Source of the DNA: Acanthaster planci
Lineage: Eukaryota
DNA: 64,000 bases
Direction of reading: 5' to 3'
Assembly (NCBI RefSeq): GCF_001949145.1
Contig: NW_019091355.1
Location: forward strand, 3,144,646-3,208,645
Below are positions 38,992 through 53,279 of this stretch, in pieces. The notes beneath the pieces are model-generated. The model did no database searches and had not been told where the DNA came from. It saw only the letters and a list, made by a program, of their open reading frames with translations. The translations under genes were made by a program, and so were the position numbers. Positions within the stretch are counted from its first letter, which is position 1; each line of letters opens with the position of its first letter.

Positions 38992-41900
38992 ATGACGGCC
39001 AGCCTGAGTGCTTGGACGAGAAGATTTTTTTTCTGAAGAGGGTAGTATGTGAAAACATCGGTCATCTGGAAGGATTTCTCCCGCTCAAAAGGAACAGGGC
39101 TATGGTCACCACCTTTTCTTTGTTATACTTGAAAAGGAGGCCATGCTGCAGCTATGCAGTGTTGATGTTGCAAATGTGGATTTTCTCTCTCTCTCTCTTT
39201 TGTAATATTTTCATTGTGGTATAAAATTCGGCAATTTCACAGACTGGATTGACTTGTTTGGATTTTGAAACAAACAAAGATTTGAAGGAATTCTCTTTTT
39301 TGTACCAGCATTGAGTATTGCAAGAGGTAATGAAAATTAAAAATTACCAAAACAGTTTTGGTACTTGAGCTCTGTATTTCAGTACTCATTTTGAACAAAA
39401 GTGAATAGTAGCGGCTAATTGTAAAAGTTTGTTTAAACATGTTTTTAATGTTTGAGGCAGACGGGGCTTATGGAGTCAGCCTTGTGAATGCCCTCATGGA
39501 ATGTGCACGGAAGTGAAGTTGTAGTTTTGGTTTGTTTTTTTTGTTTTTGTTTTTTTTGTTTTTGTGTTCATTTTGTTTACATTTATGCAACAAAACAGCT
39601 GTAAAGAATGTCTGTACTCGGTTGACATTACTTTTGAAAATGGCAGATAACAGTAAAGTCTACCATCTTAATTTTGCCTCGTACATTTAAAAATCTGTGA
39701 CCATGTTAACCTGACAATTTTTCAAATGTAATATAGCATTATACAGATATAGCATTATACTGCTCGATGCCTTAAACTAGTTGTCCAGTTTTCCAGTACC
39801 ATATTGTACATACATTTAATTTAAAACTATAACCTCAGTCAAAGTTTGTGCAAAATACGAACTGGATTCGTATTTTGAGCTTGGTGGTGTGTAATATACT
39901 ATAATTGCTGGCAATTGTAAAGATAACAATCGTTTAAAGGTAACGCCCCTATGGCTTTTATTCCCTACCTGCCACACCCCCTTACGTACGTAGACATGTG
40001 ATGTAACAAGGTGCGCAGTAGTCCATTTTGGTAGTTCATTAACGTATGTTCATTGTTCGTTGGTGTGGAATTTTAAAAAGCCGTGGTTAGTCAGTCTGCT
40101 GGGTGCTCTTTGTAATGGAGGTGTGGGGTTCTAGTGCATGGCGCCATGCCGTGACCAAGAGTTTTTGGAAGTACATTACCACGGTAAGAATACAAACCAT
40201 TTTTAACCTCCTATTTGATGATATCTTGGAAGTAGTTACCCTGAGGACACCTCTCCCATTATGGCATTTTTCAGATTGTCCAGAAATCTCTTGTTAATTG
40301 TGTAAATGTTGAAGAAAAGCCTGGTGCTGTAGATCGAAATGTCTATTTCACTACCGTGAAAGCTTCGCCGGACACAGGTCATCACGTGTGAATGGTGTGT
40401 CATTGTTTCATTTTGCTCAACTGTTGCTCCTGACTATGGCCACAGTTTGGTGATGAAAGGTTTTTCTTGTGACGCTTAGATTTTGGTCTGATTCCTGTGG
40501 TTCATGCACTTACAATCTGTGGACAGGGGCAATCTCCAATACAGGGCTGAAAAGCTCGCTTGGTAGAGTATTGTCACGATGTTCCCGCAGCTCTGGTCAG
40601 CTTCTTTTCTCCCGATACTCTCTATTCTTCAAATACGTCCTGGCTTAGATTTGTTTATTTGGATGTTTTATGTTTGATAACCTGACTGTTGCAGGTCTGA
40701 GTGCTGGATAACGTATTTTACATCATTTTAATGTGAACATCACAATTTGTAGTCTTTATGGTCATTGTGATTACTGTTCACGAGTCTTACAATGCCATAA
40801 TAATTGAAAGAGTTAGGTAGGTATCTGGCTACCATATTTTTTTTTCTAAATTTCATATTTGAAATGCTGAATGGACCTTGTCAGTGAAAGCACAAGGTAC
40901 TGTGGAAATATTTTTAAGCTTGGTGGATACAGAACTCCTGCTTATTATATCAATCAAAATAGCTTAGATCTAGGCAAAAGGGTCACATAGGGATGGGGGT
41001 TGTGGTTTGAACGGTCAGACTCGTAGACAACCAACAAAACACACAGCAGTGAGGAGACCAGTCGGTTTTCAGTTATTTTATTGGTTCATCTCGAACCTCA
41101 CAGCTTCTTTATGAGCTGACAGAAATTCTAGCTGTTTTTGTTATTTCATTATACAGAGATAAATTCTTACAGATGTTTCTTTTTGTCCCGGGTTTTGTAA
41201 ATAAAGTTGAACGACCTAGATGATTATACTTCCACTAATATGTTGGTTTTATGAAATTTGCTGTGAGAGCTGGAAGTTCCCACTGTCAGATTACTTTGGC
41301 AAAACTCGGTTACCGGTACTTTCCTTGTTTTACAGTGATAATTCTTGGCACTCTTTTCCTTGCTGCGAGTAAGTCTGAATTAGATACAGTGTTTGTGAAT
41401 AGCCAAATTTGTTTTCAGTGTGTTATCAATTACTTTCCGTGATTTTCATGATGATCAATTTTACAAGTTCAATTTTACAAGTTTGATCCAATTAGTACGA
41501 AGAGCTAAGGGATTAATCCTATCAGTTTTGTTCCGTATTTATGTTTAGTTTCCTTTGTGATTGACAATAATGCCTTTTTTTTGCGACTTGAGAAGAATGC
41601 ATTTCAGAAATTCATTTTGTCGTCCTACACAGAGTTTCAAATAATTTTTTTCCAATAATTGAATCAGTCACTGAATATTTCTTATCCAGCTGCTTCCATC
41701 TGGGAAGTCTTTGAATTTTCAACAAACTTTATCAGAACGCTGCTGCTGTATGGTAACCAATCATGGTTTTTTGTATATTCAAAATAGTCAGCTTTTATCT
41801 GTTGCAGCTTTTATCTGTTGCTGACTATTCAATTCATGCACTGAAATTCATGGTGAGGAGGATATCAACCTCTGCGTGCAAAGCTGTGTGTCGCTTCACT

Positions 41901-44745
41901 CTTTCTGGACATAATGTCAAGCTTGTCCCGTTTTCAATATGTACTTGGCGTCAGTCGGTGAGACTTTTTTTGTGAATAAAATGTGATGCACTTGCCCCGT
42001 GCCATGTGGCTGCATGTACATGTACAACTGGCCTCGTGTATGGAAGTTGCTTGATTGTACACGCACTGTATTTGGGAATATGGATGTGAAACAAGATAAG
42101 ATTTGATACTCGACTCCAAGGAGTATTTTACCTCCAAAGGCACCTCTAGAGTGGTTCCTGGTTTCAAATGGAAATAGTGCCCTGTGAATCTTCCAAATTG
42201 CATATTGATGAGGATGGAGATATGATGTGGCAAGAAAGGTGGCGAAGGGTTTGTGCATTAAGTCGTGTCACCAAGTTGTTGCTGGTGACCGTGGTTTTCG
42301 ACAGCCCAAGATGCAAGTTTGTGCAAATTTATGGAGAAAACAAAAGAAACAAGAAGTTTAACATGCCTGTAATATAATCACACTGAGAAGAAAAACGGAA
42401 GTGTTGTTTAGTTTTCGGTGTTGTCTTCGTGCGGACTCTGATCGCTTGGTCAACAAAAATGAAATGAATTTGGTAGTTCGGATGTTTGACCTCAGTCACA
42501 ACTCAGACTTGATCCCAAACATTCTGTTGCCATTAACTTCATGACTCAAACTGATGTGACGCACAAAGTTATCTGACTTGCTGATGTGGACTTGGTCCCA
42601 GAAACCTCCGTGACTGTGCAAGTCGCTCTGCACAGATTTTTAAAATGGTGGACTTGCGAAAGGATTCTGCCAATCTTTGATCCTCTGACTGAGAGACAGT
42701 TGCAAGACTCAACTTTGAAACACGGACTTTTACGACCCCCAAGTTGAAGTTTTTCTCAGACCATCTAGACTTCCCCCAGTGTCATCCCCTTCCAGTCTTT
42801 GTGAACTGAAGAACAAGCAAGTGGTAAATCCTATTCCAGAGCTTAAGATTTCAAGAACCTCCGAGGAAGAAATAGCTGTTAAATCACGAATGAGAAACCC
42901 TTTTGTTCAACTTTTAAAAAAACCAAAAAATTAAAAAATAGCATAGCAATTTGAACTGTTTTTATCCAATGACTGCTTGTGTTGAAAAATCAAAACCGCT
43001 TCTGGTATCAAATTGATTGCACAAATGCTGTAGGTATGTTGACAACATAAAAATACAAATAAACTTAAAACCTAAAGATGTTTTCCTGGCGATTTTTTTC
43101 AACAAAACATCAAGAAAATGAATCTAACATATGACTTAAATCAAAACAAAATAAGTACGTGAAGAAAAATGTAAAATAAAATTTCACGTGACGAAACCTG
43201 TGCAGTCATGGGCTGTATCAGTAACTTCAAAATGAAAAACCAAATGGAACTCAAGAGAGAGATTGCTTTGCTCTGAACTGAGTGAAGATTGTATGCTTCA
43301 ATGATAGGCTGCACTGACAACTTTGTAACAAAAAGTTTGGAAAGTGGACAATTTTTTTTTCTTTTTTTTCTGTGGTAAATAACAGGACCAGTTTTGCAAA
43401 ATTCAAATGACCTACTTTGAAAAAACAAATCAAAACCAGGGGAACAAAAAATAATCTAATTCACTGCGTTCAAAGATGAAAATAAATTCCAAACAAAAAA
43501 ACTTCACTGCAGACCTGGCAGACAAAATGTCGATTGGGGTGCAAAGACCGAGTAATCGACAAATTTGGACCAGACTGCTTCAGCGGACGGTAATGCTAGA
43601 CTATTAGGGTGCAAGAAGGGGATGAAATCAGGAACAAAAATCTAACTTTGGTGTCGTCAGTGCAGCAGATCAACTTTGTTGTTTAAAATGAAAAAGAAAT
43701 CCTTTGATTGAATTAACTGTGTCAAGATTGCTAAAGTTGAAAGTTTTACCCAGTAAAATTACTGAAAAAAACATAAAAAGAACCAAAATAGCATGCTGTA
43801 TAATATAATTTATTCTTTTGTAGTATGTGTGAAAACATGCTACCAAAATAAACTTATCTCCTAAAAATAAGTCACTAACGCAGCCCATGAGTCAAAACAC
43901 ATGTTGACAACTTGTAATTTGAAGATATTAAGCAAAAAAACAAATGAAAAGAAAAGACGAAAACAAAACAATTTGAAGTAAAAGTTCTTGATGAATCCTA
44001 TTGTTTGTGTCCCTGAGTAAGACATTACTGTAAGTGCTGAATTCTCTCCACCCAGGAGCCACCAATGTGCAACCGTGAACCGAGTGGCGATGATGCTAAG
44101 GTGGAAATGTCTGAGAAAAGCAACCATGTTTTCCATGCCGTGGAGTTGAGCAAGATGACAAGAATGTCACATACCGGAAAGACTGTCCTACTCTATGCTC
44201 TGCATTTGTCTTGAACCTATTTTGAAAGATTGATAACAGCTGTTTCTTCCTGGAGAGAAAAACCTGTGATGTATGAACTGATTGAGGATGACACTGGACA
44301 CACCCAGTGGAACACCTTTGACCTTTGACATTCCTGCTTGATATTTTTCCCAGTCATTTAGACCAGCTGGACCTCAACTTGACTTTTTCAACTGTTGCCC
44401 TTGATTTTGACTTTCTACCAGACCGGCTTGATCAAACTTTGTTAATGGCTTTACTGCAAACTCATCCATCATGTTCAAGTTGATGTCATTTTTTGGGGGG
44501 GAACATCAGAGTCGAAACACCAAAAACCAACCATTTGGAAAGAATTTGAACATGACTGAAATAAATCTAACAGTGAAACAAACATATCATTGAACACAGA
44601 AAAATAAATCAAATTCTATTTATGAGGAAAAGAAAAGATGTTTTAGGTTTGCTTCAAGTTCAAAAAGTAAAAAAAAAAAGTCACTACCAAGAGAAGAAAC
44701 AGACGGAAAGATTTTGCATCTTGGGCTGTCGGGCAGGCAATCTGT

Positions 44746-47700
44746 TTACATGTCAGTTATGGTCAGGTCATCCAGAGGAATCTCTACGAACTCCAAGTCG
44801 TAGGAGGATTGCTGCTTGACTCCATCATTCTGGTCGGTGGTCTTACGGTCATTCTCGGCCAGAATGCGAGCAGCGGCAGATGTCTTGGAAATGGCCTGCT
44901 GAGGTCGAACCTTCTTGCTCGGTTTCTTGCCTTTTGGTCGGGAGACTTTCTTGGAAGCCGGATTTTCCTGTTTCTCGTTTTCGATCTTCACCTGTGGTTG
45001 ACAGAGAGATAAGGTGAAGATGGACCTTTTCTTGTTGTACCCACTTCTTAAAGCTGAATCAGTCAGCCACTCCGTGAAAGGGCTGCTGAATAAGTCAGAC
45101 ACCTGCCCTAATTAACAGTGTGCTGTAGTCAAGACCTCTTCAGACCATCACAAAAGCCCACAAGACTGTCACAAGGCCAACATAAGACCATCACAAGGCC
45201 TACACAAGATCATCACAAGGCCAACATAAGACCATCACAAGACTATCACAAGACCAACACAAGATCATCACATGACCAACACAAAACCAACAGTCCTCCA
45301 GTCTGAATTGAAGTCACAAGTTATTCAGATGAAATGTTCATAACTGTCTGTTCACCCTGTCACTTTGTGAATAGTCTCAAGATGGTCTCAACTGCAGTAT
45401 TTTAGCAAGGAGAAAGTAGGAGAGTTTTGACTCGTGTTTTTTGACTCATTCTTTGTGGTATTTTCTTTTGTGTGTGCAAAGGAGGGAATTTCGAGGATCT
45501 TCATCGATTTTACAAAGCTTTATCAATGCTTTTGGTTTTTCTTTTTTTTATATTCTGTTCCTGAAAGCCCACTAATTAGTTTTTGTTCCTTTTTTTTAGT
45601 TAAATGACGGTAAAACTTACATTGGCAGTTGGCTGTGTTTTGGACTTTTCCACGCAGAAAATTGAGAAGTCAGGCCCAAATCTGGAAGCCAGCTGTGATG
45701 AAAAAGTGAAAACAATTTATTTCCTGGATGATTCACTATGTACATTTCAATACATAAATAAATCACTGACTTGTCCGATTGTAGGGGGAAAATGTGTGCC
45801 TAACACTGATAATGTGAAATGTAGCTATGGCATATCTTTTTTAACCTTTGGTGGGGTGGCTGGAGTGGTGTCCTTGAAATCATCAATCGAGTTGGACTCG
45901 GAGACAGCGTGGAGTGAGGCAGAGACAAAGTTGTTGACCATGGGTTTTCCTGGTCTGGCTCCAGATGCTGGTCTAGCTCCGGCCACTGGTTTAGTCCTGG
46001 CGACTGGTTTGGATGCGGCGTTGTCGTAAGGCTGAGAGGGATGAGACATGGCATGGAAACATCATCAATGTGTGACCCTCCCGACCTACCCCCACCAGGA
46101 TCAAGTACAGCGAGTTACTTTCTGTTCCAACAAATTACTTGCTTTGACATATGCAAAAGATTGGAACGTATACAGCTCCAAAACTGGAGCAATTATGGGT
46201 ATGATATAAAGCCCAAATAGCTTGAAATCCCATATGAAGCAAGATATGAGATGAGGAGAACCCCCCTGCTTTGTGTTGGTCATTGCCCCAATGGAATCTG
46301 AGGAATTCTTTTCAGACATCTAGGGGGGATGCATTAGGTGACAATAGTCTAGAGTGTGTATAGCGATTGGAGATGTTGGGGGGGTACCCCTCGGTCTCAT
46401 TTCTTGCTGGATATATGAAATCTGTTGAACAAAGAAATGAAAATGGAGTTGGCACATTCACAAATAAGAGGCATTCTTCAGTGGATCCTAAGTTCTGTAA
46501 ACCATCATGTACATTTCGGATGTTTCATCCCCGAATAGGAGATTTCAGACAATCATAGCTATCATGATTTCTGGTGGATTTACTCAACCTCTCTCTGATC
46601 AGATGAAGAAGTGCTAGCTCTGTGACAATTCTTGATCAAAGGGTCTCCTGTGCTCATCTTTACGGGGCACAGCTTCTCAGTGAGTCACAATAACATGAGC
46701 AATGACTGTCCATTGGGACGGGTGTCAATTGGTGAATGGTACGTACAGGATCTACGGTGACTTTCGGTGTGGACGTGTTCACAAAGATGTTGGTGAGCGA
46801 ACGTGTCAGCGGTGCTCCCATGAATGGATTGGTGAAGTTGGATTCCTCATCGTCTGTGTCCCCGACAATCATTGCTGCGACCTATGTACAGCATTGTCAC
46901 AAAATAAATAGATCAAACGATCTCCATGAATAAAAAATAAGCATATCTAACTGACTGACAAGTTGCAAAGTGGGAAATTCTTCAGTAGGCAGGATTCACG
47001 AGGAACATAATCCCATCCACTGTGTAAAAAGTTGAGATTGGGACGAACTCTGTATTATGTGATGTACAGGGAGCTAGAATACGTGCATATCAATGTGGCC
47101 ACAAGCTTGTGACTTCTCCAGTAGCTTCCACTCCTAATTAAAATGTTCAGGACATTATTATTTTCTAGCCTTATTTCCTTTTTTTTTTGGGTGGGGGGGG
47201 TCAGGGAGGGATGATTCTTCCTCATCCCCCAAATTTCTTTGCCCCTATTCTGTTCTCCTGCGCTCTATATTTTGTTGAAAGCTCTAGAGCAGTCATCAGC
47301 TCCGGTATTTATGCGATGCTTCGGCAAAGGATGGGGTGCCCTGTCATTCGTGAAATACTCCTCCGTCATCCTTGACTGTTTTCCCTGAAACCAGCACAAC
47401 GCTAAGTGTTTTCTTTCTGAGGAGCTTCTGTTGTCGTAGACCTCACCTGGTTGGTCTTGATGTGGTACGGGAAGTACTTGTTGGTCTTGTCCGGCCTGGT
47501 CAGGATCAGGAAGTACATGTGTCCGATAAACGTGATGGTCCAGTACACACCGCTCACGATCTTGGCTCTGTGGAAACATGTAGCATCTCAGTGGTGTCCT
47601 ATCTTGAATGTTAAGTTTCTTGTCATTAAGGTTAACAGTTTCCCCAAAAATTAAAAATATAGATCAATATTTGTTGTTTTGGAATTAACACGACATTTTG

Positions 47701-50700
47701 AGGCTGGTGAAATGCATCACAGATCCATATCAGTTTCACAGAAAATAAAGAAGATAGGAATTCTTTCCTTTTTTCAGTCGTTAAAACACTGCAACCGTTC
47801 CCGGTTCAGGTAAGGCTAAGGCCGTGTCCAAAACGGGCTTCCAGAGTTACGGCTGGGTCCATTGTCAGCGTGTCACCACACATATCCAATGGAATGAAGA
47901 CCTAGACCTAGCTCTAGACAACAGGTTTGGACGCAGCCTGAGATGTCAATAGTGCTGCGAGTCGAACCTTTGTTCTACAGCACTCTCATATAACCAAATG
48001 GACTTCTCCGATAAATTTATATTTAGAATACTATGGTGACCACAAATTAATTCTAACAGTGACCTTAAATAGGAAAATATCCACAAGAGATTGTACCCTG
48101 TGCTAGGTGTGTACTCCTTAGGTTTGTTAGAAAGTGAGGGGGCTGTGTGAAGTGGTACTGAAGGACCAACCTGATGTATTTAGGGATGAACTCGTTGGCC
48201 ACACCGATCATGACGGGCTCGGCGGAGAACCACATGCAGTAGAAGAGCATGAACAGCACGTAGAACTTGAGCTTGTGGGTGAAGTTTTTGACGGTGAAGA
48301 ACACGCAATAGTAGAGCCAGATAACTCCTGCAGTGAAAGAGCGGGCAGTACTGGGTCAACAGGACTCGAACCCGAGACCATTGGATGATGATCCAAGCAG
48401 TTCACCAGTCAATGATTAAGATGTTAAGATACTAACAGGTATGTTGGGCTTTTCATTTTATGAAACGGAATTCCTCGTAATTGAGTTGGTAGTGAAGTTC
48501 AGGTCCTGATAAGAATCCAGAGAAATCAAGTGTCATCCTTATTTTATCTGAAAAAATAACTGCAGGATGGATGCACAAGAACATTAGGTGGTTTCCTTGG
48601 ATACCGACCCAAGACACGCAGCACAATGATTCCCATCCCAGCGGGGCTGTCGTAGATGAACATGACGTCCCTGGGGTCAAAGTTGGACTGACCGTAGGTG
48701 AAGAGAAAGACATAGGTCAGAGCATACAGGCTGATGAAGATGGCCAACTTGACACTCCCGCTGGTGCTGATTCGGCCCCTGCCGGGATGGGGGGGAATTG
48801 GCATTAAAAGCAAATTGTCTTCATGACATCGGGAAAAGTAGTTTTAAACATATTAATATGGAAAATAGTCTCACGCAGTGGTATATCCACAGTGACAGAC
48901 TGGGCACTCCCAGCCCACCAACATTTTTAATTCTTTTGTTTTTTTAGGAATTGAGAGCAGTAACACTTTGTTAATGAAACTAGAACGTTCTTTGAGTTAT
49001 AATGAAGAAGTTGGGACAAAAATCCCCATGTTGCTGTCCCTAACTCAAAGCATTGATATGGATACAGTGATACAACATCTGTAAAACTGTCAGTTAAAAG
49101 CTAGTCGGAAAATTATTTCACGTCATTTCCACTGTGATATATTCTTTACTTCTACAACAGAGCTGTGACCAGACCAACAGTACCAGTTTTCCATGTGCAC
49201 TGAAGTCAACCAAACAGCGTTGTATGTTTTCAAATTACTGTTTCAGAAATTAAAACCTGAATCAATCTGCTAAAACTGTTGGGCTCTAAATTGAGCTAAC
49301 ACATTTCTTCAGAATTTACTTTTCCTTGCAGACTCTTATTCTAGGTTTCCACTGGTACTGATTTTTTTTTTTTAAGCTGAATTTTGATTTTGTCCGCCCC
49401 ATGTCACAGCACTTGCCTCGTGATGGTGTAGCCTTTGCCGACCAGCATCAGCGTCAGAATAAAGATGACATCGCCAATTGCTGAGATCACATGTCCTGAA
49501 AGAAATGCAATCAAGCACTTTGTTATCACAGGCCTGTAGAAAACTTTCTCATCAAAGAAAGTTTGAATCCTCATGTAATCGTCAAAAGTCACTCGGCTTC
49601 CTGACTAATCCAATCTGATTTGATATTTGAAGCTGGAGGAGGCAACTTCTAAACAGAGTTATTCATTATCCCACGACAACAAAACTATCCCAGATTTTCT
49701 AGATAATCTCAGGTCTGAGAATATGAAAAGGGATAAGGTCAACATTAGCAAATCCCCTCCTCACTGACATTTTTCTTGCCATATATTCCTGAACCTAAAC
49801 TTTAAACACATGTATATCATGCAGTCACCCATTATTTCCCATTCCAGCTCGTTTCAGGTTAAACAAAACTTGCCATATCTCAAACTATGACAAAGAAGTT
49901 CGTGTTGGTTGGCACTAGGTGACACTTGGGCAGCACGGGTGAACAGCCACACCCCAAGACCCTCCCATACATGTAATAGGGCCAGCCACACCCCTGACCA
50001 CATGCACTCTCCCCGCCTCCTCCGCACATCTCATTCCTCCATTCCCTAGGACTGTTTTTCTTTTCTTACCGGTTGTCTTGAGTGCAGGCATCTCGATCCC
50101 ATCCTGGGCGAAGCTGGCCAGGGCTCCGACGGTCAAGATGAGAGAGGCCAGCTGAAGGCAGATGGAGGTGAAGAAGAGCTGGTAGGTGGAGTGCAGGAGG
50201 CGCTTCTTGGACAATTGATCTTGAAGGAGGGGGCAAAAAGGTACATATCACTTGAACACCTGTGTTCTTTGGAGTAATTAACCAAGAAACCATGGAACTG
50301 TTTCACTCAGTGGTGTCGCTATAATTAGTATAAAGGCTTTGCATGGCAGCCATCTTGTAGACCAGTTCTTTTGCTCCACAGGGAAACCTCCTTCATTCAT
50401 TTCCACTGGGAAAAAAGCACTGGCCTGCAAGATGGCAGCCATGCAAATTCTCTATTGTGATGCCCAGCCAAAATTTCATCCTAAGTGCAAGATATACCGA
50501 ACTGACGAAAACCAAAAGGAATACTCACATTTATAGTAGGTTCCAGTCAAAGCCATGAGAAAGTACAGCGCAGTGAAGGCAATACTTGTCTCCAACGTGT
50601 CTGGAGTAACAATGATTGGAACACAAACAATAACATTCAGCTTATGAGACTGGATACAAATGAGAACTTTACTAGGTTGTAAGACGTGACTCCACCAAAA

Positions 50701-53139
50701 CAAAACAAAAAATCCCCACAATTTCCTACAAGTAAGTGTCGATATAGATATCATACATTAAATATACATTAGATACATTAAATATCATATATAGAATGCT
50801 TGGCGGTTGAAGCACAAATTTCTTGTTTTTCATAGTTGGTTGTTTCTCCACTGTTGAAAATATAACAAAAATTGTTCCTAATTTGTCAAAATTTCTGACT
50901 GAACACCCAAAATGGTCACTGCCAATGAGCCATATGCATACCCATCACTTTTTTTATACATTGATTACATTATACATTTGATTCTTCATGTGGGGGAAAA
51001 ATGCTGATGATAGGTTTATTCTCACAGCGTTCGTCGCCGGAGAAGTGCTTGTCCAGGGGACGGATTCCGTTAGTCATGTTGAGTTTGTACTGGATGTGAA
51101 CCCCCTCTTGGGGGCTCATGCCGTTACAGTTGGCGATGTTGATGAACCACCAGCGAGGGCGCTTTGCTGTGAAGTGACGGGTGCCTGAGCAGACCAGCAA
51201 CTGCAACCAACCAATTGGGAATAACCACTTGTGAGCGGTATTGTTGTCCAGGGCTCAAGATTTGTGGGACGTTTTCCTATAGTGCATCATCACTCTTTTG
51301 AAAGTGCAAGAAAGTGATATTTGTAACAGTGCCATGGCCCATGGCCAGTTGAGGGCCACATAAGTGCTCAACCTCCATCAACTAGTGCTCACCTTTGTGT
51401 GTGTACAACCTCAATGGATATCACTTCGGTACCACGACATATGTAAAAACATCACCCAGTGCTCCACAGAGGCTTTGCCAAGGCCTGTTTAAATGTCCTC
51501 AATGTCAAGGGCACAGAGAACCCTGCCATCGGTGTGGAGTGGCGTTACGGTATCGAGCATTACCTCTCGGCCATTCTCAGTCTTGTTCTTGCAGTTGTAG
51601 GGCGTGCTGAGAGTGATTTGAGTGTTGTAGTTGGACGGTATCTGAGCCTTCTTCTGCAGGCAAGTCTGCAACAGAAACCAAAAGTTGCCTTCATTATTTC
51701 GGGGTCTTCAACTCGTCCTTTCAGAGCTCCACACGTACTGTTGGAATGCAGGCAACGGATTTCAAAAAGAACCGTATGGCTGCCCAAAGGGGCTCTGTCT
51801 GCCCTCCTTAATCTTAATTTTTGAATGGAAACGGGACAGACCTTAAGGCGTAAATTACGCAGGTCAGTTGAAGGTAAAAACCTGTTTTGGCAGTGCTTCT
51901 AAATCTGACACATCTTTCTTGCTGTTATTTAAGAGACCTTTGCTATCCCAGCACAAAATATTTTGGACTGACAGAACAACTTTCGAGTACATGTACATAT
52001 AACATACCAGTTTGTCTTCATTGGCTCTGATGTAAGGCCATTGATTATCTTCGTCATTGAACATTATCATCTGGTAACAGCAAAGTTCCTGTTGCAAAAA
52101 AAGAATTATCAGTTGGGCTGATCTTGAGGTAAATTGAAACGCTTAAATTATCAACACAAACAAAAAAAACACCATTAGGCCCCTACTGAAAATCTTAAAA
52201 GCGATTAATTAATGAGGGGAAGACGAGGTCAGTGTGTACCACTGCCCAAATGATGAACACAATCTAACAAAACTTTTCGTTAAAAATGGCCAAATGTGCA
52301 AAAATCACAAAACTGCAATATTTAAGAAGACTGATGAATTTCCCTTGGCAGACTCACCGCAGGGTACTTGAACTCGTACCACAGCTGTCCGTACTCTCCT
52401 GGCTCAAACACAAATCGTCCCAGAAATTCCATATCCTGTTTAAATGTGTAAAAAAAAAATTATATATAGCCTATGCATCAACAGCACACGCTGAGCATGA
52501 AGTGATTGATCTTAGAAGTCAGCAGGCTGCAAACTATTTTAATGCCAATTTAAAAACAATTTGTCTCAATTTACATGTTACAGTGTGACAACAGCCACAG
52601 CATAGAGACATATCTAATTTTAAACATTTCCCGCAATATTTAATACTAACATGAGTAGTACAGGCAATGAACCACTTCACAGGCAGACTGATCATACTAA
52701 TATGGCTTATGCTGCCTATTTCTTTCGTACCTGGTTGGTGCATCAATTCATGAAATGGAAAAAAAGAGATAAGGCCCAACAAACATAGGCTAGGCCTACA
52801 GCAAAAACGAAACTGAGCTCGGGCCTGAAACGTGCCTGGCCCTAGGCCTCAATAAATAAGATATCAATATCACAATATTTCATAAAGGCCTCCAGGGACT
52901 TTTAGAAGTTCCGGTCTGTAAGTTACAAAGCTACAACTGTAATAAAAATGATAAAACATGATGAAATGTTATCCTGTTTGGTTCATTGACCATGCAAGAC
53001 CAGCGCGGCGCAAGCCCCGCTGCGCTGGCGCGTCACGTACCTTGCTGGTGTCCACAACGCCTTCCACGTATTTTCCGTCGGTCACGGTCGGGAAGATCGC
53101 CAGCAGCAAAGCTGCGACCAAAACACCGGTGAAACTCAT
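44746..53139 (-). CDS. TMEM145: Transmembrane protein 145 (GPR180/TMEM145, GOLD-like domain plus 7TM family); about 640 aa
   Basis: Minus-strand exons in frame: 53139-53041 (signal peptide MSFTGVLVAALLLAIFPTVTDGKYVEG), 52435-52358 (EFLGRFVF), 52088-52008, 51665-51564, 51200-51026 (RPRWWFINIANC..YKLNMTNG..KHFSGDE), 50600-50529, 50219-50070 (KRLLHSTYQLF), 49495-49417 (LMLVGKGYTITR, GC donor), 48778-48609 (FDPRDVMFIYDSPAGMG), 48327-48171, 47567-47447 (LTRPDKTNKYFPYHIKTNQ), 46881-46747, 46031-45846, 45692-45621, 44991-44746 (TAA). These motifs match TMEM145 as I recall it (RWWFIA, HFSADE, KGFTVTR, YESPAGYG, NFPYHVRT). The low-complexity C-terminal exons are less certain. Confidence 0.92.
45130..45292. 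repeat. 11-bp minisatellite (consensus CAAGACCATCA), about 15 units, in the last TMEM145 intron
   Basis: Repeating CAAGACCATCA / CAAGGCCAACA variants. Confidence 0.85.
46361..46410 (-). repeat. Dispersed repeat end, copy 2, in a TMEM145 intron
   Basis: TAGCGATTGGAGATGTTGGGGGGGTACCCCTCGGTCTCATTTCTTGCTGG is the reverse complement of 38551-38600. Confidence 0.85.
47820..47938. mobile_element. MITE, PIF/Harbinger-like, in a TMEM145 intron
   Basis: TIRs GGCCGTGTCCAAA / TTTGGACGCAGCC flanked by TAA and TGA; related to 850-957. Confidence 0.65.
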
Positions 53140-53279
53140 GCTGATAAACAGCAGGAGACTGTTCTGTCCACTGCGGTGTTTATTTTCCAAAGAAATATCA
53201 AATAAGCGGTTAGAAATCGACAGAAATCGGCAAGAAATCTTTTTGGCGGCTGCAGTGCTCACGTTCCAGTTACGGTTTG

